64,000 nt of DNA, from the NCBI GenBank assembly GCA_012295275.1, contig CM022667.1, positions 10,044,001 to 10,108,000 on the forward strand. The letters are read 5' to 3'. Shown one piece after another: positions 62,433 to 64,000 of this stretch (positions are counted from its first letter, which is position 1; each line of letters opens with the position of its first letter). The notes beneath the pieces are model-generated. The model saw only the letters and a program-made list of their open reading frames with translations, made no database searches and was not told where the DNA came from. The DNA is from Chrysomallon squamiferum (taxonomy: Eukaryota > Animalia > Mollusca). Made by a program: the position numbers and the translations under genes.

Positions 62433-63726
62433 CGTCTCTTTCTGTCTCTCACTGCGTGTCTCTCTCTGTCTATTTCTTTTTTTCTTTCTCTCTGTCTCAG
62501 ACACATACACGCAAACACACACTCTATTATTGTTCTAATTTATTTCAGAATGGATCAGATTCCACAGATAAACCAGTTTCTGCAGGAGGACCACGTTTCA
62601 AAAGTGATTGCTAAAAATCTTGGAAATGACAAGGTGTGTTATTACAGTATTATTTAACACACTATAACATATCAATATTAACTCTTTGGGTTTTGCAAAA
62701 TCAGATCCAGGTGATATGTTATAGGCAATGTTCAGCATTTAGGAAGATATTTAAAATAATCAACGACAGTATAAAATATATTCAGACTCTTTGTTTGTAT
62801 CACCACTGGCTCTTCTGTAGAGAGTTGCCTTTAATCTAAGTAAAGATTATTTGGTTATTTTACATTCATTAAACTGGTAAATAGTTCATCTTAAATGGTT
62901 TTCAAGCTGGGGGACAGTAAGATAAAAATGTACGAAAACATACTAAGGGATTGGTTTGCAGGTGAATTAAATTTTTGTGATAAAAACTGAAGAATGTGAA
63001 TGAGAGTGAAATGGTTTAATGCTGGGTTAGGACTCAGTTTACCTATAAAAGATAACTTGGTGTGTGTTTGTCCCTCTTAGCTGTTTTTTTCCTGTCCGTG
63101 AATTGATAAAAGTTATGAGATTTAATCCATACCAGAAAGCTGCTCAAAAACTACTTCAGTAATTTCCATAAATTGGATCTGTTCCAGAACCATGGAAATT
63201 TACTCACTATAATACTTTCTAATCAACAAATATTGCTTATTTATATAGGTATCATAATAAAAACTATATAGGCAGTACGTATATAAGGAGTGCAGACTTA
63301 GTAAATGGAATTCTGCGACGGACACGCCCGCTGACCTATCAGAAAGCGTGCCCGTCGCAGACGTTCTTCACAACAGCTTGCTCTGATTAGCACGTTAATT
63401 TTTTTCCTATTCCTATTCCTAGTAAATGGAAAAGGGTGAGAAAAGGAGGAGTGATGTTACTGTTTGAAAGGGGAGAGTCCATTCATTCAACTGTTTCTGT
63501 TTTTATTTAAATTTTAAATTTATTTTAATTTTTAATTTTTTTTTTTTTTTTTTTATTAATTACAGGTTTTTAATGACCCAATCCATGGCCACATTGAAGT
63601 ACACCCACTGTGCGTGAAGATAATAGATACACCACAGTTCCAGAGACTTCGCTTTTTGAAACAGCTTGGTATGTGCTACTTTGTCTATCCTGGGGCCTCG
63701 CATAACAGATTCGAACACAGCATTGG
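61379..63726 (+). CDS. SAMHD1: SAMHD1 tandem paralog (copy B), first four coding exons; incomplete in window, functional status unknown
   Basis: Exons 61379-61601, 62307-62364, 62549-62633, 63566-63726. Frame and splice sites are intact (-9 nt and +3 nt indels versus copy A). Introns align with copy A. Confidence 0.8.
63311..63419 (+). mobile_element. Short retroposon-like insertion with 12-bp TSD in SAMHD1-B intron 3
   Basis: TAGTAAATGGAA at 63299-63310 and 63420-63431. The empty site is visible in copy A (about 46293-46304). GC-rich hairpin at 63312-63361 and a (TTCCTA)n tail. Confidence 0.85.
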
Positions 63727-64000
63727 GCAAGTGATAACTGTCTTTCTCTTAATAACTCTTATATGTATGTAAACACACACACATACACCACACACACACA
63801 CATACACACAAACACACACACACACACACACAGAGGGTTCGAGCTTACAGAATTACAAGAACTGTTTGTCACTAATCACAAAAGTAAAACAATGCATTTT
63901 TGTGGTTATTCATACACTTGGTTTTACGATCCTTCAGATAACCAGCTATCTGTGCATTACTCGGCCGTATATGCAAATTCAGTATCAGATAAATAAAAGG

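Noticed and set aside
63312-63361. CTGA...GAAA suggesting a hammerhead ribozyme
   Set aside because: The CUGANGA core and three-stem junction are absent.

Overview
AT-rich eukaryotic (animal) genomic DNA with spliced genes, many microsatellites and SINE/DNA-transposon relics. The repeat style suggests a mollusc, but that is inference only. I rebuilt all exon chains by hand, and the reading frames close across the splice sites. Gene order: TRAPPC8 (-, 5' part, runs off the left edge), TRIQK (+, 89 aa), CCNDBP1/GCIP (-, 340 aa), PEPD/prolidase (+, 499 aa), DNAJA2 (-, 408 aa), a hAT MITE plus a SWIM/DDE transposon relic, a full SAMHD1 (+, 628 aa), an orphan SAMHD1 exon, and a second tandem SAMHD1 copy running off the right edge. 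The main signal is the second SAMHD1 copy: it keeps its frame, its SAM domain has eroded, and its first HD-domain exon plus flanking intron is 100% identical to copy A. Other points: a U12-type intron and a 39-nt candidate cassette exon in TRAPPC8, GC-AG introns in PEPD and SAMHD1, a candidate poison exon and hairpin cluster in PEPD intron 5, and repeated small duplications of splice sites. Most ORFs in the supplied track are spurious. Comparisons with human proteins are from memory, not from a database search.
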